A DNA stretch of 64,000 nt from Ranitomeya imitator (taxonomy: Eukaryota): positions 39,866,001-39,930,000 of the forward strand of contig NC_091290.1 of the NCBI RefSeq assembly GCF_032444005.1, given 5' to 3'. This document shows positions 49,593 through 62,359 of this stretch, piece by piece (positions within the stretch are counted from its first letter, which is position 1; each line of letters opens with the position of its first letter). The notes under the pieces are model-generated. The model ran no database searches, was not told the DNA's origin, and was given only the letters and a program-made list of their open reading frames with translations. Made by a program: the position numbers and the translations under genes.

Positions 49593-50257
49593 GTCAGTGT
49601 GAACGGGGCAGACGGCTAGCGGCGCGACATGCTGAGACTTTTGGTACCACGACTGGACTTCGCAGGCGGCTCTGGGTGTGTGCTGTACCTGTGTGGAGGG
49701 AGGGGTGTGCCCTTACTTCTGCCTGGCAGGTGTGTACAGGGGCCATGGTGATGGCGTACTGTGCTGTATAAGCCCCCTTATAGACCCCAAGTGTTAATGC
49801 TGCCCCCCACACTCTGTACAGGTCCCACTATGGGACCTCCATCCATAATGTGTGGCTCCATGGCCTTCGGGGGGCCACCAAGTCCCAGTGGCTCCATTCT
49901 TGGTGATCACTTTTTCGTCTTAACTTTATATATATATTGTTCAATGTATGTGGGTTTTATTTTGTGGCACGAGCGGTAGTTTGTATTAGCAAATGACTTT
50001 CTTTCCATATTACTGATCTTTTTCTCTTTTTGGGGAGGTAAAACAAACAAAAAAAAAATTATTCTGCTGTTTTGATGATTTTTTTTTATTTTTATGAATT
50101 TTGGCCCTCAGTGACGGGGATAAATAGAGTATTAGCTCTGACCGTTACTTGTGTGTCACCAAGTGTATGTGTTTTTTTTTATTTTTTTTTATTTTGAAGA
50201 TTTTATTTACATTTTGCAAAAGGAGGGTCGGCGGGGGGTGATGGGATCTTTTATGTG

Positions 50258-53200
50258 TATATATATATATATAATTGTCTAAGGGTTTTTCCGTCTGTCT
50301 GTCTGTCCTGGAAATCCCGGCTCTCTGATTGGTCGAGGCCGCCAGGCCTCGACCAATCAGAGACCGGCACAGCATCGACGTAGAAATCCCGCGTCTCTGA
50401 TTGGTCGAGGCCGCCACTTCTGTATTGATCAGTCCTCCTGACACTTCTGTATTGATCAGTCCTCCTGATACCTCTATATTGATCAGTCCTCCTGACACTT
50501 CTGTATTGATCAGTCCTCCTGACACTTCTATATTGATCAGTCCTCCTGATACCTCTATATTGATCAGTCCTCCTGACACTTCTATATTGATCAGTCCTCC
50601 TGATACCTCTATATTGATCAGTCCTCCTGACACTTCTGTATTGATCAGTCCTCCTGACACTTCTATATTGATCAGTCCTCCTGATACCTCTATATTGATC
50701 AGTCCTCCTGACACTTCTATATTGATCAGTCCTCCTGACACTTCTATATTGATCAGTCCTCCTGACACTTCTATATTGATCAGTCCTCCTGACACTTCTA
50801 TATTGATCAGTCCTCCTGATACCTCTATATTGATCAGTCCTCCTGACACTTCTATATTGATCAGTCCTCCTGACACTTCTATATTGATCAGTCCTCCTGA
50901 TACCTCTATATTGATCAGTCCTCCTGACACTTCTATATTGATCAGTCCTCCTGACACTTCTATATTGATCAGTCCTCCTGATACCTCTATATTGATCAGT
51001 CCTCCTGACACTTCTGTATTGATCAGTCCTCCTGATACCTCTATATTGATCAGTCCTCCTGACACTTCTATATTGATCAGTCCTCCTGATACCTCTATAT
51101 TGATCAGTCCTCCTGATACCTCTATATTGATCAGTCCTCCTGACACATCAATATTGAACAGTCCTCCTGACACTTCTATATTGATCAGTCCTCCTGACAC
51201 TTCTATATTGATCAGTCCTCCTGACACTTCTATATTGATCAGTCCTCCTGACACTTCTATATTGATCAGTCCTCCTGACACTTCTATATTGATCAGTCCT
51301 CCTGATACCTCTATATTGATCAGTCCTCCTGACACTTCTATATTGATCTGTCCTCCTGACACTTCTATATTGATCTGTCCTCCTGACACTTCTATATTGA
51401 TCAGTCCTCCTGACACTTCTATATTGATCAGTCCTCCTGATACCTCTATATTGATCAGTCCTCCTGACACCTCTATATTGATCAGTCCTCCTGATACCTC
51501 TATATTGATCAGTCCTCCTGACACTTCTATATTGATCAGTCCTCCTGACACTTCTATATTGATCAGTCCTCCTGACACTTCTATATTGATCAGTCCTCCT
51601 GACACTTCTATATTGATCAGTCCTCCTGACACTTCTATATTGATCTGTCCTCCTGACACTTCTATATTGATCTGTCCTCCTGACACTTCTATATTGATCA
51701 GTCCTCCTGACACTTCTATATTGATCAGTCCTCCTGACACTTCTATATTGATCAGTCCTCCTGACACTTCTATATTGATCAGTCCTCCTGACACTTCTAT
51801 ATTGATCAGTCCTCCTGACACTTCTATATTGATCAGTCCTCCTGACACCTCTATATTGATCAGTCCTCCTGATACCTCTATATTGATCAGTCCTCCTGAC
51901 ACTTCTATATTGATCAGTCCTCCTGACACTTCTATATTGATCAGTCCTCCTGACACTTCTATATTGATCAGTCCTCCTGATACCTCTATATTGATCAGTC
52001 CTCCTGACACTTCTATATTGATCAGTCCTCCTGACACTTCTATATTGATCAGTCCTCCTGACACTTCTATATTGATCAGTCCTCCTGACACTTCTATATT
52101 GATCAGTCCTCCTGACACTTCTATATTGATCAGTCCTCCTGACACTTCTATATTGATCAGTCCTCCTGACACTTCTATATTGATCAGTCCTCCTGACACT
52201 TCTATATTGATCAGTCCTCCTGATACCTCTATATTGATCAGTCCTCCTGACACTTCTATATTGATCAGTCCTCCTGATACCTCTATATTGATCAGTCCTC
52301 CTGACACTTCTGTATTGATCAGTCCTCCTGACACTTCTATATTGATCAGTCCTCCTGATACCTCTATATTGATCAGTCCTCCTGACACTTCTATATTGAT
52401 CAGTCCTCCTGACACTTCTATATTGATCAGTCCTCCTGACACTTCTATATTGATCAGTCCTCCTGACACTTCTATATTGATCAGTCCTCCTGATACCTCT
52501 ATATTGATCAGTCCTCCTGACACTTCTATATTGATCAGTCCTCCTGACACTTCTATATTGATCAGTCCTCCTGATACCTCTATATTGATCAGTCCTCCTG
52601 ACACTTCTATATTGATCAGTCCTCCTGACACTTCTATATTGATCAGTCCTCCTGATACCTCTATATTGATCAGTCCTCCTGACACTTCTGTATTGATCAG
52701 TCCTCCTGATACCTCTATATTGATCAGTCCTCCTGACACTTCTATATTGATCAGTCCTCCTGATACCTCTATATTGATCAGTCCTCCTGATACCTCTATA
52801 TTGATCAGTCCTCCTGACACATCAATATTGAACAGTCCTCCTGACACTTCTATATTGATCAGTCCTCCTGACACTTCTATATTGATCAGTCCTCCTGACA
52901 CTTCTATATTGATCAGTCCTCCTGACACTTCTATATTGATCAGTCCTCCTGACACTTCTATATTGATCAGTCCTCCTGACACTTCTATATTGATCAGTCC
53001 TCCTGACACTTCTATATTGATCAGTCCTCCTGATACCTCTATATTGATCAGTCCTCCTGACACTTCTATATTGATCTGTCCTCCTGACACTTCTATATTG
53101 ATCTGTCCTCCTGACACTTCTATATTGATCAGTCCTCCTGACACTTCTATATTGATCAGTCCTCCTGATACCTCTATATTGATCAGTCCTCCTGACACCT

Positions 53201-54722
53201 CTATATTGATCAGTCCTCCTGATACCTCTATATTGATCAGTCCTCCTGACACTTCTATATTGATCAGTCCTCCTGACACTTCTATATTGATCAGTCCTCC
53301 TGACACTTCTATATTGATCAGTCCTCCTGACACTTCTATATTGATCAGTCCTCCTGACACTTCTATATTGATCTGTCCTCCTGACACTTCTATATTGATC
53401 TGTCCTCCTGACACTTCTATATTGATCAGTCCTCCTGACACTTCTATATTGATCAGTCCTCCTGACACTTCTATATTGATCAGTCCTCCTGACACTTCTA
53501 TATTGATCAGTCCTCCTGACACTTCTATATTGATCAGTCCTCCTGACACTTCTATATTGATCAGTCCTCCTGACACCTCTATATTGATCAGTCCTCCTGA
53601 TACCTCTATATTGATCAGTCCTCCTGACACTTCTATATTGATCAGTCCTCCTGACACTTCTATATTGATCAGTCCTCCTGACACTTCTATATTGATCAGT
53701 CCTCCTGATACCTCTATATTGATCAGTCCTCCTGACACTTCTATATTGATCAGTCCTCCTGACACTTCTATATTGATCAGTCCTCCTGACACTTCTATAT
53801 TGATCAGTCCTCCTGACACTTCTATATTGATCAGTCCTCCTGACACTTCTATATTGATCAGTCCTCCTGACACTTCTATATTGATCAGTCCTCCTGACAC
53901 TTCTATATTGATCAGTCCTCCTGACACCTCTATATTGATCAGTCCTCCTGACAGTCCTCCTGACACTTCTATATTGATCAGTCCTCCTGACACTTCTATA
54001 TTGATCAGTCCTCCTGACACTTCTATATTGATCAGTCCTCCTGATACCTCTATATTGATCAGTCCTCCTGACACTTCTATATTGATCAGTCCTCCTGACA
54101 CTTCTATATTGATCTGTCCTCCTGACACTTCTATATTGATCTGTCCTCCTGACACTTCTATATTGATCAGTCCTCCTGACACTTCTATATTGATCAGTCC
54201 TCCTGACACTTCTATATTGATCAGTCCTCCTGACACTTCTATATTGATCAGTCCTCCTGACACTTCTATATTGATCAGTCCTCCTGATACCTCTATATTG
54301 ATCAGTCCTCCTGACACTTCTATATTGATCAGTCCTCCTGACACTTCTATATTGATCAGTCCTCCTGACACTTCTATATTGATCTGTCCTCCTGACACTT
54401 CTATATTGATCAGTCCTCCTGACACTTCTATATTGATCAGTCCTCCTGACACTTCAATATTGATCTGTCCTCCTGACACTTCTATATTGATCAGTCCTCC
54501 TGACACTTCTATATTGATCAGTCCTCCTGACACTTCTATATTGATCAGTCCTCCTGATACCTCTATATTGATCAGTCCTCCTGACTACGTGGCTGTGTAA
54601 TATACTACGTGGCTGGGCAATATACTACGTTGCTGGGCAATATACTACGTGGCTGGACAATATACTACGTGGACATTCATATTCTAGAATACCCGATGCG
54701 TTAGAATCGGGCCACCATCTAG
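50258..54722 (+). mobile_element. Non-autonomous Helitron-like element carrying the 27-bp array
   Basis: 3' end has hairpin CCCGAT(GCGTTAGA)ATCGGG, 7 nt, then CTAG followed by T; no TIR or TSD; 5' end within (TA)n. Confidence 0.7.
50415..54585. repeat. 27-bp minisatellite, about 155 copies
   Basis: Unit GACACTTCTATATTGATCAGTCCTCCT; source of the 1399-aa and 1462-aa ORFs. Confidence 0.98.
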
Positions 54723-55043
54723 TATATATATAATTTGCCTAAGGGTTTTTCTGTCTGTCTGTCCTGGAAATCCCGGCTCTCTGATTGGTCGAGGCCGCCA
54801 GGCCTCGACCAATCAGAGACCGGCACAGCATCGACGTAGAAATCCCGCGTCTGATTGGTCGAGGCCGCCAGGCCTCGACCAATCAGCAACGGGCACAGCG
54901 ACGATGATGTCATAATGGTTGCCATGGCGACGATGATGTCATAAAGGTTGCCTTGACCAATCAGCGACGGGCACAGTCTGCCGCGAATTCTGGAATCATC
55001 ATTGTCCATATACTACAGGGACATGCATATTCTAGAATACCCG
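54723..55043 (+). mobile_element. Second, head-to-tail Helitron-like copy without the array, cut by the gap
   Basis: Repeats the 5' part of the first copy (TAAGGGTTTTT...CTGATTGGTCGAGGCC) and reaches CATATTCTAGAATACCCG just before the Ns. Confidence 0.7.
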
Positions 55044-55183
55044 NNNNNNNNNNNNNNNNNNNNNNNNNNNNNNNNNNNNNNNNNNNNNNNNNNNNNNNNN
55101 NNNNNNNNNNNNNNNNNNNNNNNNNNNNNNNNNNNNNNNNNNNNNNNNNNNNNNNNNNNNNNNNNNNNNNNNNNNNNNNNNNN
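55044..55183. other. Assembly gap (140 N)
   Basis: Run of N. Confidence 1.
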
Positions 55184-56039
55184 TTTAGACCTGTAGCTGC
55201 TTCTACAGTGTGATGGAGGGTCATTTTATTGTATATTCCCCTTTAAATCCAATATACAAACATGGCGGCAGCAGACACTGGGCCTTGGCCTTCATTAGGC
55301 CCCTGAGCTGCTGCCATCACCATGTCATATATTGTTTGTATCCTGCAGTCATGGGCGAACAGGTTACAAACTGTATTACTGTAGTTTTGGTGCCCGTACA
55401 CATTAGATGAATGAAAACCAGGTCAAAGTAGTGAATGTAATGGCTGTTTCTCACCCATTCATTCACACGCTGCTCCTGCACAGGTGACGTCGCGTCCGTC
55501 GTCAATCATTGGCCTCATGGATGATGTTTGAATGTGAGGCATATGATTGGTGAGATCAGAGATTGGCTGCAGTGGTCACATAATTGCTGGACATGACGTC
55601 ATCACTGCGGGATTAGTGGGGATTTTCTGGGTGGGTAAGACTGTGCACACAACGTGCTTTGGAACAGAAGCTGATTCTTCGAATCCTCCTTAAAAACTGG
55701 GTACTCTGCAAAAGAATCTGTGCACATAGCCTAATGCTGGTTTTAGTAAAGCCAACCCAGACAATCCCTTTAAGCCTTCGATCCTCCCAAACACTTAAGG
55801 TGTAGACCCTGAATCAACCTGAGCTGTGTGCAACAGGAGGATGCAGAAGAGGGATCCGCGGCCTCAGGGCCTGGGGTACCGTAACTAGTAAGCGCTGCTG
55901 TACTTCTGTAAAACGCCAATAAAAGCTGATCACATATAGAGGAACAATTGATCTGGTGGTCACATTGAAGTGTGAGCCCAAATATGTTCAAGCCATTGCC
56001 CGGATCATTTTGATGGTCTTTATACACCTAGGCCTTCAA

Positions 56040-56740
56040 CTGGGGACAAGGCGGAATCCACTACATGTAGAGGAAAGACGCAGATTCTTTACTGTAAGAG
56101 CAGTGAGACTATGGGCCTCTCCGCCACATGCTGTAATGGTTGGTTCAAGGAGGCCTGGATGCCTTTCTTGATAAATATAATATTGTAGGTGTTAGATTCT
56201 GTGATGGGGCGTTGATCCGGGGAGATGGTCCGATTTCCATTTGTGGAGTCGGGAAGGATTTTTTTCTCCCTAATATGGAGCTAGTAGTGTGTGCCTCATG
56301 GGGTTCTTGCCTCCCTCAGGGATCAACATGTTGGGCTATAGGTTGAACTTGATGGACTTAAAGGGGTTGTTCACTAGGACCTGTTTGGCCTCCGTAAAAT
56401 ACTAAAGCCTTTACTGACCACCGGTGCTGGCGCCGTTCCCACGGTGTCGGCACTCGCTCTCCCTGGGGCTCCCTTGCGGTTATTGTGGTACGTGGAAGTC
56501 ATGGCCGCAGCTGATCTCTCGCTTCCTTTTCCTGCTGAAGGTGGGAACACTGACGCCAGCGGTGATTTGGTGCCGGCGTCGTATCACAACCGTATGGGAA
56601 ATGCTGACACCGCGGGAACGGCTCTGGCGTGGGAGGGGAGCATAAGCTTTATTATTTTATGGGGGCCGAACTTGGGGTATGAGAAGGGGTTGTCCAAGTA
56701 GTGGAAAACTTCAAGTCTCTCTTCAACCTTAAAACTATGG
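56040..56740 (+). mobile_element. CR1 3'-end fragment interrupted by a T2-like MITE (about 56362-56710)
   Basis: RRFFTVRAVRLW-like coding remnant and 3' UTR ...GGTTGAACTTGATGGAC[TTAA, MITE]...GTCTCTCTTCAACCTTAAAACTATG. Confidence 0.7.
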
Positions 56741-57252
56741 AGGGTTGGGCTGGTTTGCCATTGTTTTTGGAGAACGGTGGTACTCCAGAGGGTCACGGGC
56801 CTAAGCAGAGTCGGAGTGAGCCAGTGGGGACTCTTGGGATCTATGACGGGTGTATTAATGCTGTAAGGGTCAGCATTAATGTGCGGAATTGAATGCTGCC
56901 ACCGTCACCAATTGTAACTCCTTGAACACCCCGGTCTCCCATCTGGAAGCTCTGTGAGTCACCATGGTTAGAGTAATCTTGGGCAGTTGACTTCTCCAAG
57001 GTTTTGATGTAGGTTGTATAATTTCTTAAATTTTCCAGTAAATGCTTTGAACTGTTCCGTGTGTAATAACCGATACTGATGAAATAGCTGTGATACATCG
57101 GATAATGACACGGTATAGCAAAACCCTCAATTACCTGCATTAGAAGATGGTCAGTCATGGGAGAACTAGAGACATGGAGGATGTCGAGCCCCAAATCATG
57201 GACCAAACTCCACCCGAGCAGCATGGCCATTGTGCAGCTTATCTCCAATTAA

Positions 57253-58429
57253 AGGGAACCTGTCACCCCCAAAATCAAAGATGAGCTAAGCCCACAGCCA
57301 TCAGACGCTTATCTACAGGATTCTGTAATGCTGTAGATAAGCCCCCGATGTATCCTGAAAGATGAGAAAAAGAGGTTAGATTATACTCACCAGGGCGGTC
57401 CAGTCCGATGGGCATCGCGGTCCGGTCCAACGCCTCCCATCTTCTTACTATGATGTCCTCTTCTTGTCTTTATTCCGCGGCTCCTGCGCACTGCAGTACT
57501 TTGCTCTGCCCTGAGCAGGGCAGACAAAGTACGCCTGCGCCAGAGCCGCAGCGTGAAGACAAGAGGACGTCATCGTGAGAAGATGGCAGGCCCCGGACCA
57601 GACTGCCCCAGGGTGAGTATAATTTAACCTCTTTTTCTCATCTTTCAGGATACATTGGGGACTTATCTACAGCATTACAGAATGCTGTAGATAAGCCCCT
57701 GATGCCTGTGGGCTTAAGGTACCGTCACACTAAGCGACGCTGCAGTGATACCGACAACGATGTTGATCGCTGTTTGGTCGCTGGAGAGCTGTCACACAGA
57801 CAGCTCTCCAGCGACCAACGATCCCGAGGTCCCTGGTAACCAGGGTAAACATCGGGTTACTAAGCGCAGGGCCGCGCTTAGTAACCCGATGTTTACCCTG
57901 GTTACCAGCGTAAACGTTAAAAAAACAAACACTACATACTTCCCTTCCGCTGTCTGTCCTCCGGCGCTCTGCTTTCGTCTGCACTGTCAGCCGGAAAGCA
58001 GAGCGGTGACGTCACCGCTGTGCTTTCCGGCTGGCTGGCGCTGACACAGGATGCAGGAGGAGTGCAGAGAAGCAGAGCGCCGGGGACAGACAGCTGAAGG
58101 TAAGTATGTAGTGTTTGTTTTTTTAACGTTTACGCTGGTAACCAGGGTAAACATCGGGTTGCTAAGCGCGGCCCTGCGCTTAGTAACCCGATGTTTACCC
58201 TGGTTACCAGTGAAGACATCGCTGGATCGGTGTCACACACGCCGATCCAGCGATGTCAGCGGGAGATCCAGCGACGAAATAAAGTTCTGGACTTTCTTCA
58301 GCGACCAACGATCTCCCAGCAGGGGCCTGATCGTTGGTCGCTGTCACACATAACGATTTAGTTAACGATATCGTTATGTGTGACGGTACCTTTAGCTCAT
58401 CTTCGAATTTGGGGGGTGACAGGTTCCCT
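57253..58429. mobile_element. T2/Kolobok-like MITE with a nested Harbinger-like MITE
   Basis: AGGGAACCTGTCA...TGACAGGTTCCCT, exact TTAA duplication. Confidence 0.85.
57717..58391. mobile_element. AGG-terminus hairpin MITE, full copy
   Basis: AGGTACCGTCACAC...GTGTGACGGTACCT, exact TTA duplication, hairpins at 57835-57906 and 58137-58208. Confidence 0.9.
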
Positions 58430-60383
58430 TTAAACTCCAAAGGCACAAAGTCCCCTCGACCTGATTGATTTCCCTTTTGTTGGTCATTCCTAGTAAGGGA
58501 GGGAGACTTCATGAAATGCAACTCAACAGGATCATCCTTGTTCTGTCATTCTTCTCATTCCAGGCCCTATAAACCGTTTCGCTCCTCAACCCTTTGTACA
58601 CAATGAATAATTAAAAAAAAAAAAAAAACGCCCATTAAATTGCCAAGCGCCGCCTACAAAGCCTTTATCCACGCCGCATTCAAAGCAAGGTCACTTGCAC
58701 TGTTTATAAGAGACGGTAACGTAAACTAAACCAATGCTTTTCCTGAAATCTCAACTTTTCATCATGAATTAACATTTTGGGTCGTACAAGTAATCATCCA
58801 CTATTCTGATTTTTCATGGTGAGTTCTCACGGGATGTTTTTCCTCTACAAATCCTTGGAAGAAAAAAAAAAAATCTGCAGCTTATGTTGATATTCCCAGG
58901 ATAGAAAATCAGCACAAAGTCAATATCAGCTGCTGATTTATTTTCTTTTCAGTGTGTGGATATGATTTAGTAAAACTTTGCTGCTACCAGATTTGACCAG
59001 TGAACAGTGTCTATAATTGTACCCACTTAATGCTCACCGATTGGGTCGTCTTCTGCAGTTTCCTGAATGTTGCAGCTAATTAGTGGCCTCGGGGCGGGGT
59101 CACAGGCCTGGCATGTAAATCGTTGATGTTAGTGATTGGCTGCAGCGGTCAAGTGACTAATGGATCGGATGTCGCCACTGCAAACCAGTGGTGAACACTT
59201 GTTTTCTGGCCTTGAGATACCACACTGTGACTGCAGACTTGTGAATCCTAACAGCGTGTACACTGCGCGCTGTCAGGATTTTCCGGTGCCGGGAGCTGGT
59301 TGGCATGTAACCCCATGTATGCCAATCGTATACTTGCAGTCAGGTGCCGAAGAGATGTCTAGTCGGAATGTGATCGGAAGGAAGCAAATCACTCCCAATA
59401 TCAGAGAATCCCGACTGCGCGCACCATGCATGCTGTTAGGACTCGCAAGTCTGCAGTCACATACACTGACTATAGACTTGAGCCCCAGGTCCAGACAACC
59501 CCTTTAACCAAATGTAAATCCTCTTTTAGGTGATGGTTATTTTTCATTTTAAGGAGTTAAAACGTAAACATTTATTAAATGTCTTTCGGATTGGTGAGAG
59601 TCTGACCCCTGGGACCCCCACAATGTAATATTTCTAACCAATGCTATGGAGTCAGCTTTATGTCAGCATTTTTCCAAACTTTCCGTGCCTATACGTGTTC
59701 TCGCCTAATATAAGTGCAGTTTTCCTCTGTAATCTATTATTGCACAAGCTGCTGCCAAGCTGAAAATCCATCTGATTGGAATAAAGCGCGCTCGGGCCGC
59801 GGCTCTAGAAGGGGCCGTTCCCAGAATTCCATATATTTGGCGGCCTATCAATGACCCCCACCAACACTTCTCTCCCCTGATTCAGCAGAACGCCTGTGAA
59901 ACAGAAAAACAGTGTGATGTTGCAATGCTGTGACTGTGCCTCCATTGTATGCGTACTGGGAAATAGCACGGCGTAAGGTGAAATTTAGCCACGGGGTATA
60001 ATGCAATGCACGGCGTGCGAACTGTGACTAATACATAGACCTAATTATATTGGAGTATACAATTACAGTGTAACCTAAGGCCACAGCTTAAAGGTGGTGT
60101 CCCATAAACAGCATTTATCACCGATTCACAGGGTAGGTGGTACATGTATAATGGCCGAGACCACCGCGATCACAAGGATGAGGGTCCCAAAGATGGATGC
60201 ATAACCACCACATCGGAGACTTTTGGGATCGCTGTACTCCATGGTCAGACCGCCACTGATCATCCATCAGAATACTCACATAATACATTTTAAGTCGGCT
60301 TTAAAGAGCACACATCACCATTTCTATTTAAGAAGAGGATGGGCACCCACAGATAGATGATCTTACTAAATAATACCTATTAA

Positions 60384-60785
60384 AGGGAATCCGATTAGGT
60401 TCTTGCCTTGTAATTGAGAGCAGCATAAAGTAGAGACAGAGACCCTGATTCCAGTAAGGTATCACTTACTGGGCTCCTTGCTGTCATTTTGATAAAATCA
60501 CAGTATTATCTGCAGGGGATTATCATTAGAGGACTAGTAAACCTGCTGACGGGTAGTCCCACCCCGCCCCCACCAGTGATTGGCAGCTTTACTCAGAAAG
60601 CTGCCAATCAGTGATGTGGGCGTGACTACACAGAGCTCAGCATTCAGAAAACTGCTAGATCTTCAGCAGAGAAAACGGATTTTATCACAACTGCAGCAAG
60701 CAGCCCAGTAAGTGATACATCAATGGAATCAAGATCTCAGCCTCTCCATTATGCTGCTCTCAGGTGGGGTATCAAAAACCTGCTT
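60384..60785. mobile_element. T2/Kolobok-like MITE (same family as 1463 and 19842)
   Basis: TTAA then AGGGAATC; shared internal blocks; right end eroded. Confidence 0.55.
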
Positions 60786-62359
60786 TGAATTTAAAAAAAA
60801 AAAAAAAGCTTACAAGTGTCCCGAGTGGCTTTTTAAAGGACTCTATTTGTAGCAAAAAGTCTTATCCAAACTTCCCATTTGTTGGATCCCACACGGCTTG
60901 ATGGCCCCCCTTGTAGTTAAAGGTGACCGTTTGTTTAGTTTAGACTGTGAATTTTCATGCTTTCACAACGAGGGAGCAGAAGCTTGGACATGTCCCGTTC
61001 TTTAAGGGGTCATTTTGAAAACTTCTAGGAATATTTTTTTAATGTGTTAATTACAAAAAATCATCCATTTGTGTCTGACCTTTAATAAAAAAATATATAT
61101 ATTAGGGGTAGGGGGATTTTTTTCACCTGATGAACAAGCGTTCATTAGATTTCCTGAAGCGTCTACTGCTTAAAAATAAAGCGGGGATGCACGTGCCGTA
61201 TATAAGTATTTTTCAAGCTACGGTATGCTTTGGTCTGGAAAATGGTCACAGTGAAGGGAGGAGGTGAGCGGTGACATCACCTATTGTGAATGGTGGATTC
61301 TAGGTGATCTGTCGTTTAAACCTTTTTAATCCTGTCAGTGATGATAGTGAGACTACTGAAAAGTCTGCTGTGAAGAACATGCAGTTTCAGACTTAGGGGC
61401 CAGTGTGAAAATTGCAAAATTTCTTGACAATTTCATTTTCAATATAACAGTTAAAAAATCTGAAATCTTGCATAATATATATTTCAACAATGGGTTATTT
61501 TGTTGTCAGAACCTGCTGATTGTGGTAGGACAGGAGAGCCATCTAGTGTCTAAAGGGGAAAAGAATAGAGCATTTAGCACCGCTTCTAAAGCTGGCTGTA
61601 CATACACAATAGACGGCTGTCGGCAGAGCGATGTTTTGACCGATCTTTTGCCTGCAGCCATCTCCGCCAACTTTCTCATACATAGGAGCGCTCGCTCGGC
61701 AAAGTCCTCCTGTGCTCTGGACTGACAGGTTGGTTGATGGCTTATTGAGAAGAATGCAATCGCCAGCACGAAATCTGATATGCGCGATCGACATCTCCAC
61801 CGACCGCCAGCTGGCCGGTGCCCACATACCCATAAGACCGTCTGCTGAACCCATCCATATCGGCTCTTTTTTTTCTGTGACAATCCACTACCATAGATGT
61901 CTGCTGACTGCTCTCTTCCCTGAACGTTCCTATGAATGGGGGCATCACGAGATGGCCACCACTGTTTATGGTGTATGGACTGGTTCTGTCTCACTCCTAC
62001 CAATGTCTGACCAGCCATCTTTGGTTTGAGACTTGTGGGAAAGCGTTCCACCGATCACCTTGAATATGACTCTTTCCTGGTAGGAGGGACCCTATTCCCT
62101 GTAGATTTGTCTATGGCTTATAATGCGAGATGTTTTCCTGCTTTCTCTACTATATTCTTTTTTTTCTTTTTTCAGGTGTGGTCGACTGATAGACTAAGGG
62201 ATTAACTGTGAAGGCCGAGCTAAGACTCCACTAATAGTAGGTTCTGTCGATTGCATTATATCATTGTGTGCTTTGTATGACCAATTAAGATGTAAATATC
62301 CTAAAGCCCCCATAGACAATAGATGTTTGTCGGACAAACGATGGTTCAGCCGATTGTAA

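Noticed and set aside
50145-54600. 1462-aa and 1399-aa ORFs as genuine repeat proteins (beta-solenoid or mucin-like)
   Set aside because: They are translations of a 27-bp minisatellite inside a Helitron-like element, have no ATG start and no non-repetitive domain, and lie in a probable intron. Kept only as a low-interest test.
56780-57248. 135-aa minus-strand ORF in complex-looking sequence
   Set aside because: No recognisable domain, alternative start codon, no convincing splice sites; may be an old transposon fragment and needs a database search.
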